Of a stretch of DNA of 64,000 nucleotides, positions 12,335-25,104 are shown in pieces; within the stretch, counting starts at the first letter, position 1; the number at the start of each line of letters is the position of its first letter. The translations under genes were made by a program, and so were the position numbers. The DNA is from Dicyema japonicum (taxonomy: Eukaryota > Animalia > Dicyemida): NCBI GenBank assembly GCA_011109175.1, contig RDEW01000028.1:339000-402999 (forward strand), read 5' to 3'. Below the pieces are notes generated by a model. That model saw only the letters and a list, made by a program, of their open reading frames with translations. It searched no databases and was not told the origin of the DNA.

Positions 12335-12500
12335 GCGAGAAGAGTTCTTGCGAGAACTCTGAGAAATGCTTGCCAGAAAGAAAGGGGATCAACGAGAAGG
12401 GTTATGGCTGAGACAAAAGATTGGAATGGCCATACTCCGAGGGAACTCGTTCGCGATTCACGCAGCCGGCTTCCTCAACTAACATTTGTTTCTTTGTTAA
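12335..12500 (+). mobile_element. CRE-like retrotransposon 3' fragment, close relative of the 35.3-36.7 kb copy
   Basis: Highly similar at nucleotide level to 36560-36710 (GATCAACGAGAAGGGTTATGGCT.AGACAAAAGATTGGAAT.GCCATACTCCGAGGGAACTCGTTCGC). Confidence 0.8.
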
Positions 12501-12599
12501 ATAATTGTCTTTTAAAAATTTTTTTTAAAAAAAATAGTATGGATAAATTTTCTTACTTTGTATTTGGGGCGCTTTTCTATCAGGGCAGGGGTTGAACGG

Positions 12600-14830
12600 T
12601 ATAATAATAATAATAACAGCCTTTTCACGATAGCCATAATTTTTATAGCCCCTCATGTGAAACACTCGAAACAATATTTAGCGTTAATCTTTTCCACTTT
12701 CCTCTGTCGAATGCAAGCGATTTTAATTTATCTAGGTCGTCCCCCGTTTTGAGCTTTTTTCACCTGATTTAGATCTTTGTTTAACAGTGTCGTTCTTGGT
12801 CGTCCGCGGAAGGGTTTGTCGCAACTGTCAAAGTAATCTTCCATCGGTTTGTTAGCGGGTGCGTCCGGGTTCATTCGTAATACACTTCCAAATAGCCTGT
12901 TTTTTTCTACAAACAATTAAAAATACCAATTCTTTAAAGTATCATTATTATCAATAAAATACATAGAATCATCCTATAAGTGCAGCTTCTGACAGATTCT
13001 TCCAACTTTGACCTTCAGACATGTGGTCCTAGATGCTCTTTCAAGTTAGAATAAAGACATTTCTTGTGATAGAGGTACGTTATTGCCTTAACCTTTCTAT
13101 TAATTAACCTGACTCCTTACTATCTTCATGTATAACCTACTTTTTTGAATTATCCAACAGGTTGTCATTACATTATTCAGAACGTCTCCTCGGATAAATT
13201 CCTAGTCAGATCAGGAATAAATATCCTTATCCTTTCATTAGGCTTAATTCCACGTCACCAAACCGGGCTTATTTTTATATGGGAACTCTCAAAAATCATG
13301 TTATTACCGACGATTGAACATGCATATGTTTTTTCACTTCTCTGAATCCATTTTGGCCATGTGATATGAATTTGTTGACTTTATTTTTTTTCGTTGTAAT
13401 ACAATAATAGAAAAAAAATTATAGAAAGTGTTTTCCATAAGGTCGACAATAAAATAATTGATCTTAGGTTACTTGCGGAAACCCCAGGTTTTTTAGGTTT
13501 CGGTAGAGTAATTAGCCAACCTTTCCCAACTCCGAGGTCACTTTTGTCTTCAAATGCTTTGTTAAGTATGAGAGTAAGTCAACCAATTCAGTAGGTCCAA
13601 ACTTGATTAATAAGGCAGGAATATTGTCATGGCCAGCCTCTCTTGCAGTATTTAGTTTTTATCGCTGTTCTGATATTTTGACTTAAGATCCATAACTGTT
13701 AAATGTTATATTCACCTTTTCAGTCTCATTCGTTACTGTTCGTCCGAGTTTGTCATGAATAACTGTTTTCTGGCCTTTTCTTTTTGTCAGTAATCCGGAT
13801 GGCTTTGAATATCTTGGTTCCATCTTTATATCTCTCAATTTCCTCAATCTGTTTTTCCACTTCCCTGTTCACTTGATATTTTTGATTTTTTTTGATTTTC
13901 GTCAAAAAAGTGTTACGAGTTACCCTTAACTCTTTTTTCATACTCGGTTGTTAATTCTTATTATCAAATTTTTTTTGTTCTGCAGATAAAATGATATTTC
14001 TTCAATGTTATAGTTGACTTTATTTTTATGCGGAGTGCCCAAACTCAAAGCCGTGGTATTCTTCAGTGGACATCAACGTCACTTCAAAAATCTTGTGCGC
14101 TATTGTCTGCGTCTATCATAATTATTTACTTTTTCATTTTTGTATTATTAATTAATAGATTTTTGTATCAAATCTTTCAAGCTCTGGTTTTCCACGTCTC
14201 GCAGGTTTATAAAAACTCTCTAAAGAGAATCGAGTGATCACTAGCTTGTTTCACTAAATGTTTCGAGGCTATAAGATCTCGAGTTTCGTAAAAAGTTTTT
14301 GTTACTTCTTCTATACAAGATATAGTCGATTTGGATGCATATTTTGATCGGGTTCTCATTTTTATCCTTTCTTGACCCAGCTTAAGTAGTTTTATGTTTT
14401 GCTGGATGATCAAAAAGATTATTCATAATAAATAAGCTGTAGGATTCGCAGAATTTGACTAATTGGCGGTTCCGATCATGCGATTTAATACAGGTCTCTT
14501 CATTTCTCACTTTACCAACTCTAGCATCCCAGTCAGTCACCACCAATGAACGTCAGAAATGATGACGAAAGTGAGTTACATGATTAGAACTCACCGAGCT
14601 CTTCAAGGTCGGCTTCAACCTGGGCAGCGGTCGGAGCATAGACATTCATGATAGAGATGACAGAATTAGGGTTCATTTCGAATTTGAGTTGCATGACTGC
14701 AATACGATCCGAGACAGCCCATACACGTGTCAAAAGGTCATAAAGATCTCTGTGGACAACAAATGCAAGACAATAATGTCGAGAAAATTTACAATGGTAA
14801 ACGAGCCAAAGAAGACATATTTCAAAGAGG
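12600..14830 (-). mobile_element. Decayed RTE-clade LINE (APE, RT N-terminus and C-terminus, internally deleted or interrupted)
   Basis: DRIAVMQLK...IMNVYAPT (APE, 14.6-14.8 kb); GHDNIPA..LK...LPKPKKPG.SASNLRSIILLSTLWKTLS (13.4-13.6 kb); RLFGSVLRMNPDAPANK...RGRPRTTL...LAFDRGKWKRL (12.65-12.9 kb); tail AAAAGGCTG(TTA)n. Confidence 0.7.
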
Positions 14831-15113
14831 GACGTCACCACCTAAACCAGAAATGAGGTGGTAATTGCTAAAAAAAAAAAAAAACAAGCTATGACTTTCC
14901 TACTGAGTCGGATATTTCAAGGAAGTGATTACCTTATTCTTCTCTCGATACTGTTCTCAAAGGCGTCAAAGTGGGACAACAATCGCAGATTTTTACTTGT
15001 CAAGGCACTTCCAGAAAACGAAGTTATCTTGAGGAGAGAAAACGAAAAGAATGGAGGGATTTTGAAAATCTTACTTAATTGTTTATTAATATCATTTTCT
15101 CTGTAGTTTTAGG

Positions 15114-15166
15114 CATTTATGGGAATTGGGTCAACATTTATGGGAATTGGTCAACATTTATGGGAT
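15114..15166. repeat. Short tandem repeat, about 21-22 bp x 2.5
   Basis: CATTTATGGGAATTGG(G)TCAA repeated. Confidence 0.8.
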
Positions 15167-15329
15167 TGAGTGTAATTAGAAGATTCAGAAAATATTGAAC
15201 AAAAATCGGAAAACACAAGACCCGTAGACAAAAAAAGATATCGTAGTTAGATCAATTTCAAGAAAGAATTACTACCTAAAGTCGACAATGAACATAATTT
15301 CAAAATAAGAAAGTACTAACTCCACCTTT

Positions 15330-16060
15330 GCCCTCCTCAACTCTTTGAGGTCCCATTTGGGAACACAGAGTTTACTAAATAGCCCCTTTACTATGGGCGG
15401 TGCTATTCCTCAAACCCTCTTGCCACACCCCTCTAGTGCTTCTAGCTCTGTCTCCAAGCAATCTGCCACAGATCTGCTCGATTCATTCACTGGGTGGTTT
15501 GGGCTTGTCATCAATTCTTCATAGGTGATCTCTGCTCCATACAGCACTAGGGAGATATCACCAGTGACCCTACTGACTTAGCCTCCAATACATAAGCCAC
15601 AGCCTTATTGATACAGGTTAACACTACTCCGTTAACCTTACAATGAGGGATCTTGCGGCTAAAACTACGATCCTCAAGTGGTAATTTGCCGCTGCAGCGA
15701 GATTCCGCCCGAAAACCTCATAAACATGCTTGAGCGCAACGTATCACAGCTGCTGCTCGTGCTCTCTTTGACAGTTGTGGTTATCTGGTCCCCGCCCTTT
15801 TAGACCGGTACCCTGTTGGCCTACAGCCATTTTTTTGAGTTTCATCACAGATATAGCAGTACTGAATCTGCCTATCCAGAGCTCCGCCAAGTATTGCCAA
15901 CCATTCCAGGGCATTCGGCATTGCCTTCTGCGTACCTGCAGGACTACCTGCCTCGCCCATTCTTTTGGGTCAGCTGCCACAACGCTCTCGGATATGGCAA
16001 AAATTACATTCTTACATCTGGTAACTCAAGTCACCCTTCACCTTTTTTCCTTTCAACATT
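15330..16060 (-). mobile_element. Possible LTR-retrotransposon gag/protease remnant
   Basis: GC-richer block with a degenerate CYICDE...C knuckle followed by a CKVNGVVLTC protease-like segment; heavily decayed. Confidence 0.3.
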
Positions 16061-16329
16061 TTGACCAACTATGTTAGGAATTAAATATTAATAAAACTTA
16101 AATTTATTTTTTGTTCATTTAAAATATTTTTTCTAAAAATACTTTGTTCATTTTTCTAAAATTATTGATTTTATTTTTTTAAAATCAGCCTCAATATTAA
16201 GGAACAAAAAATTCATTTTTCTAAGTCTAACTCAATATTTTTTTTATTTTATTAGCATTGTATTCTTTAGAACATATTCAAATGACACTGATATCGGAAG
16301 AACTATCAATAACTATTAAGTGCCTAATA

Positions 16330-17500
16330 ATTCTGATTCTGGATGAGTCGCTCAATCTTATTCTCCCGCCACGAATTGAGTCTAGACCTTGTATTTGAAT
16401 CAGTTCTACAGGATTAGACAGCAAACGGGATTGGTTTTCTGAAGAACTTTACTTTTTAAAAAGACTCGGATGAAATCCTTTGTAAAAAAAGCTAAATGAA
16501 CTTGAAAAATTCCTCGAATACCCATCTTTGCACATGTCTGAATTCAACCTCTGCTGAGAATTTAGGGTCTTGGTTCAATGTCTTCCGCTACCGGCAGTTG
16601 GTACTCTGCTTGACAGTAATACAGTTTTAGTTGTTCTTCGGCTTGGTCTCTACCTCTACTTTGAACTGTAGACCCCTGTTTTAGATAACTTAGGCACCCA
16701 CTTTTCACGGTCGTGTACAAACCTTCTCATGTCGTGAGATGTATTCAGGTATTGATACAATTTGGTGATTTGAGGTTCCAGACTAGAACAGCCATTAATT
16801 TCCGAGTTCCTTATAAGTTTGTGCAAAATCGCTGCCCGATTGATCCCTGATGTGATTCAAGATCTTCTGTAGAATATTAAACAAGATTATCAAGCGTATG
16901 TTTATTTTTCAGTTTGTCGATAACCTTAGTGACTTTCGAAAGTATTATTGATATTTCTAGTTGTGGAATGTCCACGTGTAAATAGAATATTTCTATTGGA
17001 GCATTAAGCAATTTCTCAAAGTACACGTACTTGAGATCCGCATCAATAATCTCAAAAAATGAAATTCACAGCTGTCCACATAAACGTCTCACCGAAGTAT
17101 TCTTCCATCGCGATGATCCCGTGTATATCCATTCATATTTTGTGTCTGAAAAAGCATCCATCAAGTCTGTAATCTCGAAGCTCAAAGCCTTTTTGTGTCA
17201 ATTACTCCGAACAATGTCCTGAGCTGCCCTAATCCTCGCTCTTCCATACAATCACGATGCCTTCGAGCGATGCTTCTGTCAACCGATAAAAACCGGATCT
17301 CTTTTTAGACTCTACCTTCGTATTAAAATCCCCCGCAGTAGCCAAAAAGGTGATACTTTGTTCACAAATTGAATTGAGGAAGTACACTTTTGTGATATCC
17401 TTATATTGATTTACGTAGGTCCACGCCAAATATATAAGCAACTCCCCCATACTCCGAAAAAATGTGTAGTGATGAGGATAAGCACGATTTTTATTTTGTA
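16330..17500 (-). mobile_element. Decayed LINE ORF2 N-terminal (APE) region, RTE-like
   Basis: FLATAGDFNTKV motif and WIYTG segment; many stops. Confidence 0.45.
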
Positions 17501-17892
17501 TCACCTGAAGAAGACGACTTTGTAACCGATAGTGATTCTGACGATGAGTTCCCCCAGTTTTAGTTTTACATCGTAGAATCAGAAATGCAACAAATTCTGC
17601 AATCTGACGAATCGATTATAATATGGGAGTGATGATGGGGATACTGGGAGTTGGACGTGATGCTACATATTAACAGCGCTGATGTCATCTCACATGTTGA
17701 GGATATGGGATCAGAGAATTCCGGAGACCATGACATAGATAATGAGTCATTAGAGATTGTCGAAAAACCTAATAATTCATAAAGTCTGAGTCGGACAAAA
17801 CTGAGACTTTCGAATAACTTAATTTTTTAATTTATTTTTTTAAATTACTAGTTAGAAATATTTTAAGAATATTTAGGCACGGTCTGCTTACA

Positions 17893-18198
17893 TGAAGGCA
17901 CAAGAAGTAGGTATGGCTGTTAGACACTGTCTCCTTACTGAAGGACAGAAGTAGGTATGGCTGTTAGACACCTGTCTCCTTACTTGAAGGGAAAAGAAGT
18001 AGGTATGGCTGTTAGACACCTGTCTCCTTACTTGAAGGCACAGGAAGTAGGTATGGCTGTTAGACACCTGTCTCCTTACTTGAAGGCACAGGAAGTAGGT
18101 ATGGCTGTTAGACACCTGTCTCCTTACTTGAAGGCACAGGAAGTAGGTATGGCTGTTAGACACCTGTCTCCTTACTTGAAGGGACAGGAAGTAGGTAT
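17893..18198. repeat. 48-bp minisatellite, about 6.3 units
   Basis: Unit GAAGTAGGTATGGCTGTTAGACACCTGTCTCCTTACTTGAAGGCACAG, near-perfect and head-to-tail with no spacers. Confidence 0.97.
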
Positions 18199-18766
18199 GT
18201 CTTTGATTACATAAGCGATTTCATTAATGTAAACTACATTGTATACCGATAGCATTGTCTTTTAGTTTTTTTTGTGAAAACCTATATTGTTAACAAAATG
18301 GGAGATGAACCCCCATGTTAGACACAGTAAGTAATCCTGAAGTATGTAAGTTTAGTANTGTCAGCAAAAAAGTATTTTAACTCAGTCCATGAATCATTTA
18401 TTCAAAACCGCCAGGATCAGAGAGAAAGATGTTGAAGTCAACTAATTAGCTGAATAATTAGTGAAAAAAGCAGATCACTGAACCGTATCGGATCGCTCAT
18501 CGCAACGAGGAAAAGGGATAAGAGAAAGGAGTTGGTATTTCTTTACAAATCATTAGGGGAAATGTGTTTTCAACTCTGAGATCTGCCAGCCTTGACTGAA
18601 GGGAACTTCTAGTAGTTGTTAACTGTTTGTGTTTAAATGAAATAAATATTATACAAATCACTAAAGGTCTATTAGTAATCACTCTAATAATTTTGACCAG
18701 TCAATAAAAATCGTAGTCCGCCGTGCATAATTAAATTTATTTGGCGATTAGCGTTTTTTGTTGAAA

Positions 18767-20549
18767 ATGACTTGGGAAGAAGACAGTTCGTTCGATGCCA
18801 TTGGAATATGCGGAGTAACCGTGTATAGCTTTTCAATGCTTTTATTCGGAATGTTTTTGAGTCACCGAAACCCTCTGAGCAAGAATGTGACCTCAGAGTA
18901 TCTCATGGTGGGGGATAGAAATATTGGCATTATTTTGGGATGCTTTACGATGACAGGTTTGCTTAAACGCTTTGCTAATTATTTTAATTGGCTAATTGTC
19001 TATTCACCTGAGATTAATTATAGCAACTTGGATGGGCACATGCTATCTAAACGGGACGGTGGAGACGATTGTTAGATACGGATTGATTTGGTGTCAATCT
19101 CCCATTTGTTATGCCATCAGCATGATTCTCAGTATTTTTATCTTTAATTTTAAGTCGGCATAGTGTACACTGATAAAATGCACAACAATCGTTATATAAC
19201 GATAGTAGACGCCTTTGAAGAAGCCTACGGAAAAATCATATCCTTGGTGCTTTCAATTCCTCTCCTCTTTGCGGAAATTATTTGGTTTTCATCTATACTT
19301 ACAGTAACCGGTAAAATATTTGCCTCACTTAAGCATCCTCGTTGAATATATTCACAAATATAAACAAACTGATGATCGCCAACATAATAATGTGCATAAT
19401 TACCAGTTCTTACACGATGGCTGGGGGTCTTTATTCGGTCGCTTACACGGACATCTACCAACTCACTGTAATGATGATCGGCCTGGTAGAGTTGTACTTT
19501 AAACGCCAAGATTATCACTTCATTCTATATTTATTTTAATAAGATAGCTGGGGGAACTGAAATGGTCTACGGAACCATAAAAAACGTGGAAATTGTGGGA
19601 TATATAGAAAACTTTTTCATATACACCTTCGGAGGCATTGTCTGGCAGGTGAAGATGGTGAAATCCATTTTAGTCCGGGTTTCAAAGAGTATTTTCGTCC
19701 TCTTCTCGAAGAAATGCTAAATATATGAGCATAATATCAGGGATCCTTTGCCTCGTTTTACTGATTCCAGTTTTTCTTATTGGGTTGTCGGCTCTAAAAA
19801 CAAGTGTTGTTATTTTAATGTGGCATTATTAGACTGGGAGTATTACCGCCTTCAACTTCCAACAAAATTCGACGGATCCCTAACTCTGCTTAATTACAAA
19901 GATATTTTGTCTATGTCCGTCAAACTTACTTCTATTCCAATCAAATTTCTCGGAATTGGATTTATTATTGCGGCAACAGTCTCTTCCCTGGATTCCATCT
20001 CGCTTTCGATTGCCTCCATTTTTGCCAAAAATATATTTCCTGCTATCCTCCAATCGAGAGGGACTGAGGTTGTTTATTTACTTACAGATTCAGATTACAG
20101 AGAAAAAGATCAAACTCGCATTTATCTGTTGCCAGCCATTTGCTGTGTTTATCTCCCTGATTATAGCTCATTTCTCAGAGTCGAGCTTAATTTTGTGGAA
20201 TTTTTCTTCCGAAATCTGCTATATTTTGCTTTTTCCTGTCTTGACCTTAATGTTGTACTCCCCTTTTGAAACAAATGGCTATGGATGTCTGTTTGCCTCC
20301 ATTATATCCATTGTCTTGCGTTGCTCATTGGACAGTGACTTGAACAATATTCTGAACAATAACTACAATCCACCGAATTATCCATTTCGAAGTATTGTCA
20401 TGATTATCACCACTTTTGTTCTGTTGATGACTTCGAAACTGACCTCAGTTATTTTCAAAAATCAAATAATTTCGCTGAAGTATGATTTTCTTAGAATATT
20501 CAGAAAAGCTGATGGCTCAGTGATCGTTAAATATAACTTCCTTAAGTAA
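18767..20549 (+). CDS. SLC5A7: High-affinity choline transporter-like sodium:solute symporter
   Basis: MVGDRNIGIILGCFTMTATW...NGTVE...LIWCQSPICYAISMIL...KMH...YITIVDAF...YG; YTMAGGLYSVAYTD; FGGIVWQ..FQRVFSSSS; SSLDSISLS..SIFAKNI; ICYILLFP...TNGYG; YPFRSIVM, colinear with CHT1. About 7 introns of 19/25 to 67 nt. Confidence 0.85.
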
Positions 20550-20859
20550 TTGCTGTAATAAATAGTGGAATTAATTTTTAAAGGTTTAAGATTTGTAAAT
20601 CCAATAAAAATTCTGCTTTCCTGAAAGACTAAGAGTTCTCTGATAATTTATTTTGCTAACCCTTCGTCCCCCTTGTACCTGAACTAAGCGACAGACTCTG
20701 AGACGTTGAATAAAACAACTTTCTGAACTTAAGAACCGTCAGGTACTCTAACTTTGAGGGTGAATTTCTCTGGGATCAAACATGAAGGAAGTTTGACAGT
20801 GATCCCGCCTCAATTTAAAAAAAAGGATTATTTGTTGGACCATTACTTATTGAACTAAA

Positions 20860-21260
20860 TACAGGAACTTCTCCCTTTAGTAGTGCATGGCTCAAGGCAT
20901 CACAAGCAGAGCATTGAAGTTTCTTGAGACGATTCCGTTAGAATTAGAGTCCCATTACATCTTGGACTCGAGATTTGTGTTCCACATCCGTGGCGATGCT
21001 GTGACTAGATCGACAGCTTCAGTCTACACCCAGTTGCCTGTAGGAGGAGTGTTGAAAGGTCTCCCAGACACAAGACTTTAAAAGAAGTCGTCACGGGCTA
21101 AGGATGCAGCCGATTATTCGTTTTTGCTCGAACCCGCCGGTTTACGTAGGAATGATGGAAAACGGCAAGACGGATGTCCATCTTTCGGTTTGAAGTCAGG
21201 AATCCTCTGGTTATGGATGTGCAAACAACATCGGATACCTTCGCTGCAAACAACATCTGT
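20860..21260 (+). mobile_element. CRE-like retrotransposon zinc-knuckle/REL fragment
   Basis: SAWLKA...RH.TL...LLEPAGLRRNDGKRQDG...MDV...DTFAA. Confidence 0.6.
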
Positions 21261-21489
21261 AATTAATTTTTTTATTTTGCTAAAATTAATATTTTTTTAC
21301 TCCCTCTTTATGCTTATTTTAATTATTTTTTGGAATATTCAGAGAGACTCACATACATGATGATATTATTCAAGTGTAGAAAAAGAGTCGCAAGCTCCTT
21401 ATCAACAAACAATAAGACATGGATTGCGTCTTATCTTGCTCCTCTCCCACGTTAACGTCGAGGAAAATCTTGTACCAAATATTACCATA

Positions 21490-22200
21490 GTTTAAATCAA
21501 TAGTAATGGAATTCGGAATAAAATTCCAAAATTATGACATTTTCTCTTTAACCTTTCCATGGATATAGCTCTTTCCTAAGAGACAAAGTTCAACCCATGG
21601 CATCCAACCCCCACTTTTCCGGATATTTGGAATGGAAATTATGGAAGGGATAAAACTTTACATTAGTCAGAAATCATATCCTGATCATCAATATCTCGAA
21701 TAACATATCAGACCCCATCCAATCTGACGATCCATTGCAACAACTAACTCTTCAAATCCACCTACATTCTATCTGAAGACAATTTTGAACATGTACATTC
21801 TTCCTCCACCTCCATGTACCTGCTCTATCGTCCTGATCTCATTTCTTTCACTCGGGTGAAAAATACTTAAATCTGCATGATCTAAATGCATGCCAACCAA
21901 CAACTGAATCACAGGAAGCTCTCATATCAGACAGCATTGACGACTTGATTATCCTCAATGATCCAACGAAGAGCAAATTGGAGGTAATACAAGACAGATG
22001 ACTTAGAATCATATTGAGATTCTCGAAACAGACTCTTATCTCGCTGCTACGGAAAACGTTAAATGTCTCATCAATCGAAAATTACCTAACGGAGCACCAG
22101 CAAGACTTCCTCAAAATAATCAAGCCTCCTGAACATCTCCGTGGCGCTGAGGTCAGATTATATATAAAATCCTCTCCAAGATACGAGAAAACCTTATCCT
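21490..22200 (+). mobile_element. Internally deleted I/Jockey-like LINE (APE start plus RT C-terminus)
   Basis: INSNGIRNKI...DIAL..ETKF (APE); KSKLEVIQ.R.LRIILRFSKQT, homologous to 51095-51220. Confidence 0.55.
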
Positions 22201-22629
22201 TTGTGGAGATTAATCCTGGATTTCAAGACCAACCGCACGAGGAAGTTGGTATGTACACTTTTATCCTCTTTCTTGTGGTACTGAGGTTAATAAATTAAAT
22301 TACTTCTTCCAATCAATTCGAGGAAATAATCAGATATTTTGAATATGTAAATTATGCTGTGACGTATCTACCATCATCAGAATGTGATTCTTCAGGAAGT
22401 CGATTTTTCAACCAAAAATTGTATTTTTACAATGACTGAGTTTTCATGCAGTTTGTTTCAGTAAGAATATCTACTCGAATTTCGGTCTCTCATGTTTTTT
22501 CTTTGATTAAATAATAATATTTGCCAAAAATAAAATTAAATGATGAAAGTTGCTCTATCCAAATCCAATTGCACGCGTCATTTCCGAACCAACATCGGCC
22601 TATCAGATCATTGGAGTTCGACTATAATT

Positions 22630-22900
22630 AATGAATTCATTAAAAAAATCAAAACTAGATAATTAGGTGATCCCGACAAATCTCAGCGTCTCATCATGTT
22701 CCTCCCTTGACTTATACAAGCACATGATGGACGGATAACTGCTCGGTCACGGTGTAATAGGCACTCTGCATGGTTTAAACGAATTATGCTTTCCATAGTG
22801 TTCGGTGACAGTCGTTTATTTCCACCGTTCCGTCATTATGTATCCTCTTTTTTGGATAGCCGCGATCTTTTTTCCATTTGTCCAGGAGGTGGATCAAGTC
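22630..22900 (-). mobile_element. LINE family X 3' fragment
   Basis: Ends GGGATCACCTAATT like 46815-46826; similar decayed C-terminal coding. Confidence 0.45.
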
Positions 22901-23429
22901 TTAAAAAGATAAGTTCAATATATTTGAAAACAATTTAAAAGTTAGTTAGTTGCCCCTACCTCACTAACATGTAGGAGGCTGCCTGCCATCAAGCGTTTAG
23001 CTAATAGTGTTGGGCGATCTCACAAATCCCTTAGTGTCATTGGTGGTCGTGGTCCGGTGAGAATTTAATTGATGATATCTCAAAGCTGGTCAGGTGAGGA
23101 GGGCCAAAACTCTGATCCACCCCATAGGTGAAAATGTCCGATTTGCTATGGGGGTTTCTTCTGAATTGTCTAAAATATTTAATAGTCGAAATGATTATAT
23201 TAAATTGATAATTATTTTTTATATTGTTTTAATTTTAATTTTTAAATCGCCATTAATATCTGGATAATCCAAAATAATTGAAATTTTATTAATCTACTTA
23301 GCGCTGACCTATAATTTTAATGACAAAGAGACTGACAAAAAGCATAAAAATAAACAACAGTTTGGAATTATACTAATCTTTGAAGGGAAAAAAAAGGTTT
23401 TATTCAAGAATAGCCCACTATGTTGGATA

Positions 23430-25026
23430 AAGTCCTGGTTTGGTAGAGTTACTGACAAACTGAACATTTTATTCCCGTATTCAGGAAATACCGGTATTTA
23501 TTGACATTGATTTTAGGGAAGTCGAATTCTAAAACAAAATCAACAAATTCCTTAACAGCTTCGGTAAGAAACTCGGAATATTTTTCAAGAAACAAGGTAT
23601 CATATCAATGAAATTATTAGTCTTATTATTAGAATTTGGAAAAAGATGCGAAATACTTTCTTTATAACAGCGGGGTCACATCTCAACAGACCTCAGGTGA
23701 GATCATCTTGGACTATTATTGCAGACAATTACATCAATCTATGGAAAGCTATGCAGAAGGATATCCTTGATGCAAAAATGGATGTGTTTATGGGCCACGA
23801 GGGAGTAATTTTTGTCACGGATATTGAACCTATAAATAACGAATATATTCCAAACTACGATTTCAGGATCATACATAAGCTTGGGTCGGGAAGTCAGGGT
23901 ACAGTTTACCTTGCTGAGGATGTTCTCACTAAAAAGAAGTTTTCCGTGAAGAAAGTCTGCTGACATTTTTATTTTAGGTGATTTTTAACCATTTTAATAT
24001 AAAAGAATTGGAAGTTTCGTCCAAGTTATGGCACGATAACATCATCAAAATTTATGGAATTGTTCGATCTGAGGATTATCTTTATATTTTGATGGAATTT
24101 ATTGATGGAATGTCCATGAACCAGTTTATTAAAAGTATCTCCTTTCTCGAGGAGTATCAGGCCCTTTATTACGCATATGAGCTATTTTCAGCTTTGGAAT
24201 ATCTACAAAGTCTACATATTATCCACGGAGACGTCAAAGGTTAGCTTCTTTCTAACCAAAGCATCCAACGTCATGATTTCTTCGGATGGACTGAGACTCA
24301 TTCTGATTGATTTAGGATTAGCCAAGGAAATCCCTGAAGGCAAGACTGAAATCGAAAATACAGGAATTATTACTGGAACTCCGACACATTGGAGTCCTGA
24401 GGTTTTTGTTTATAAAACGTTTAAGGTAGCAAAGAATAATTTCTATGACTACCGAAGCGACGTCTGGTCCTCAATGTGTCTACTTGTTCACCTCCTAACT
24501 GGTTACCACCCCTGGATAAGACGTGTTAAGGAAATTCAGACTCTTCAATACATTGTGACCCAATTTCCTCTCAGTTTTAGATAGCAACTTACTCCCCACC
24601 CCTTGCCGATATTCCTGAAAACGTATCTTCGAATGTAAAGATGTTTTTTATTCGGGGATTTACGGTGGATTATAAAAAACGCCCATTTGCTGACGAAATG
24701 CTGAATGACGACGTTTTTGCGCAATGTTTAGTTGATTGTTAACTAAAATAGACTTCGATGACTTTGAGAGCGAAAAATATGAATACTTGGAGTCAGAAGG
24801 TATATTTGGACAGTTTATTTTTACAGATGATGAAATTGAAGTTCCTACGTCCAAAAATATATGCGATTCCTTCAAAAAAAGTTATAGAAACACAAGAAGC
24901 ATCCGCAAATTACGGCAAATTGGAAATCAGAACAATGTTACTTACGAACACACAAAATCTTCTCGATTTGTTAGGAGTATTCGATACAAGGCAAAGGAGG
25001 ATTTGATTTCAAGAACTATTTTCTGA
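23430..25026 (+). CDS. MAP3K14: MAP3K14/NIK-like Ser/Thr kinase
   Basis: HEGVIFVTDIEPINNEY (cf. NIK NEGVLLTEKLKPVDYEY), LGSGSQG, SVKKV, ALYY, HGDVKASNVMISSDG, DLG, GTPTHWSPEV, DVWSSMCLLVHLLTGYHPW, IATYSPPLADIP. Introns of 28, 23, 22, 24, 26 and 26 nt restore the frame. 5' exons are uncertain. Confidence 0.8.
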
Positions 25027-25104
25027 CTGAGACTTTATCTAACTAAATTTCTTTATTAATTTGCGAAAACATTTTTTAATGTTAGAGAATCTTAACTGAC
25101 CTCA

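Noticed and set aside
17893-18198. CRISPR-like array
   Set aside because: Units are contiguous with no unique spacers, there are no cas genes, and the context is eukaryotic. It is a minisatellite.
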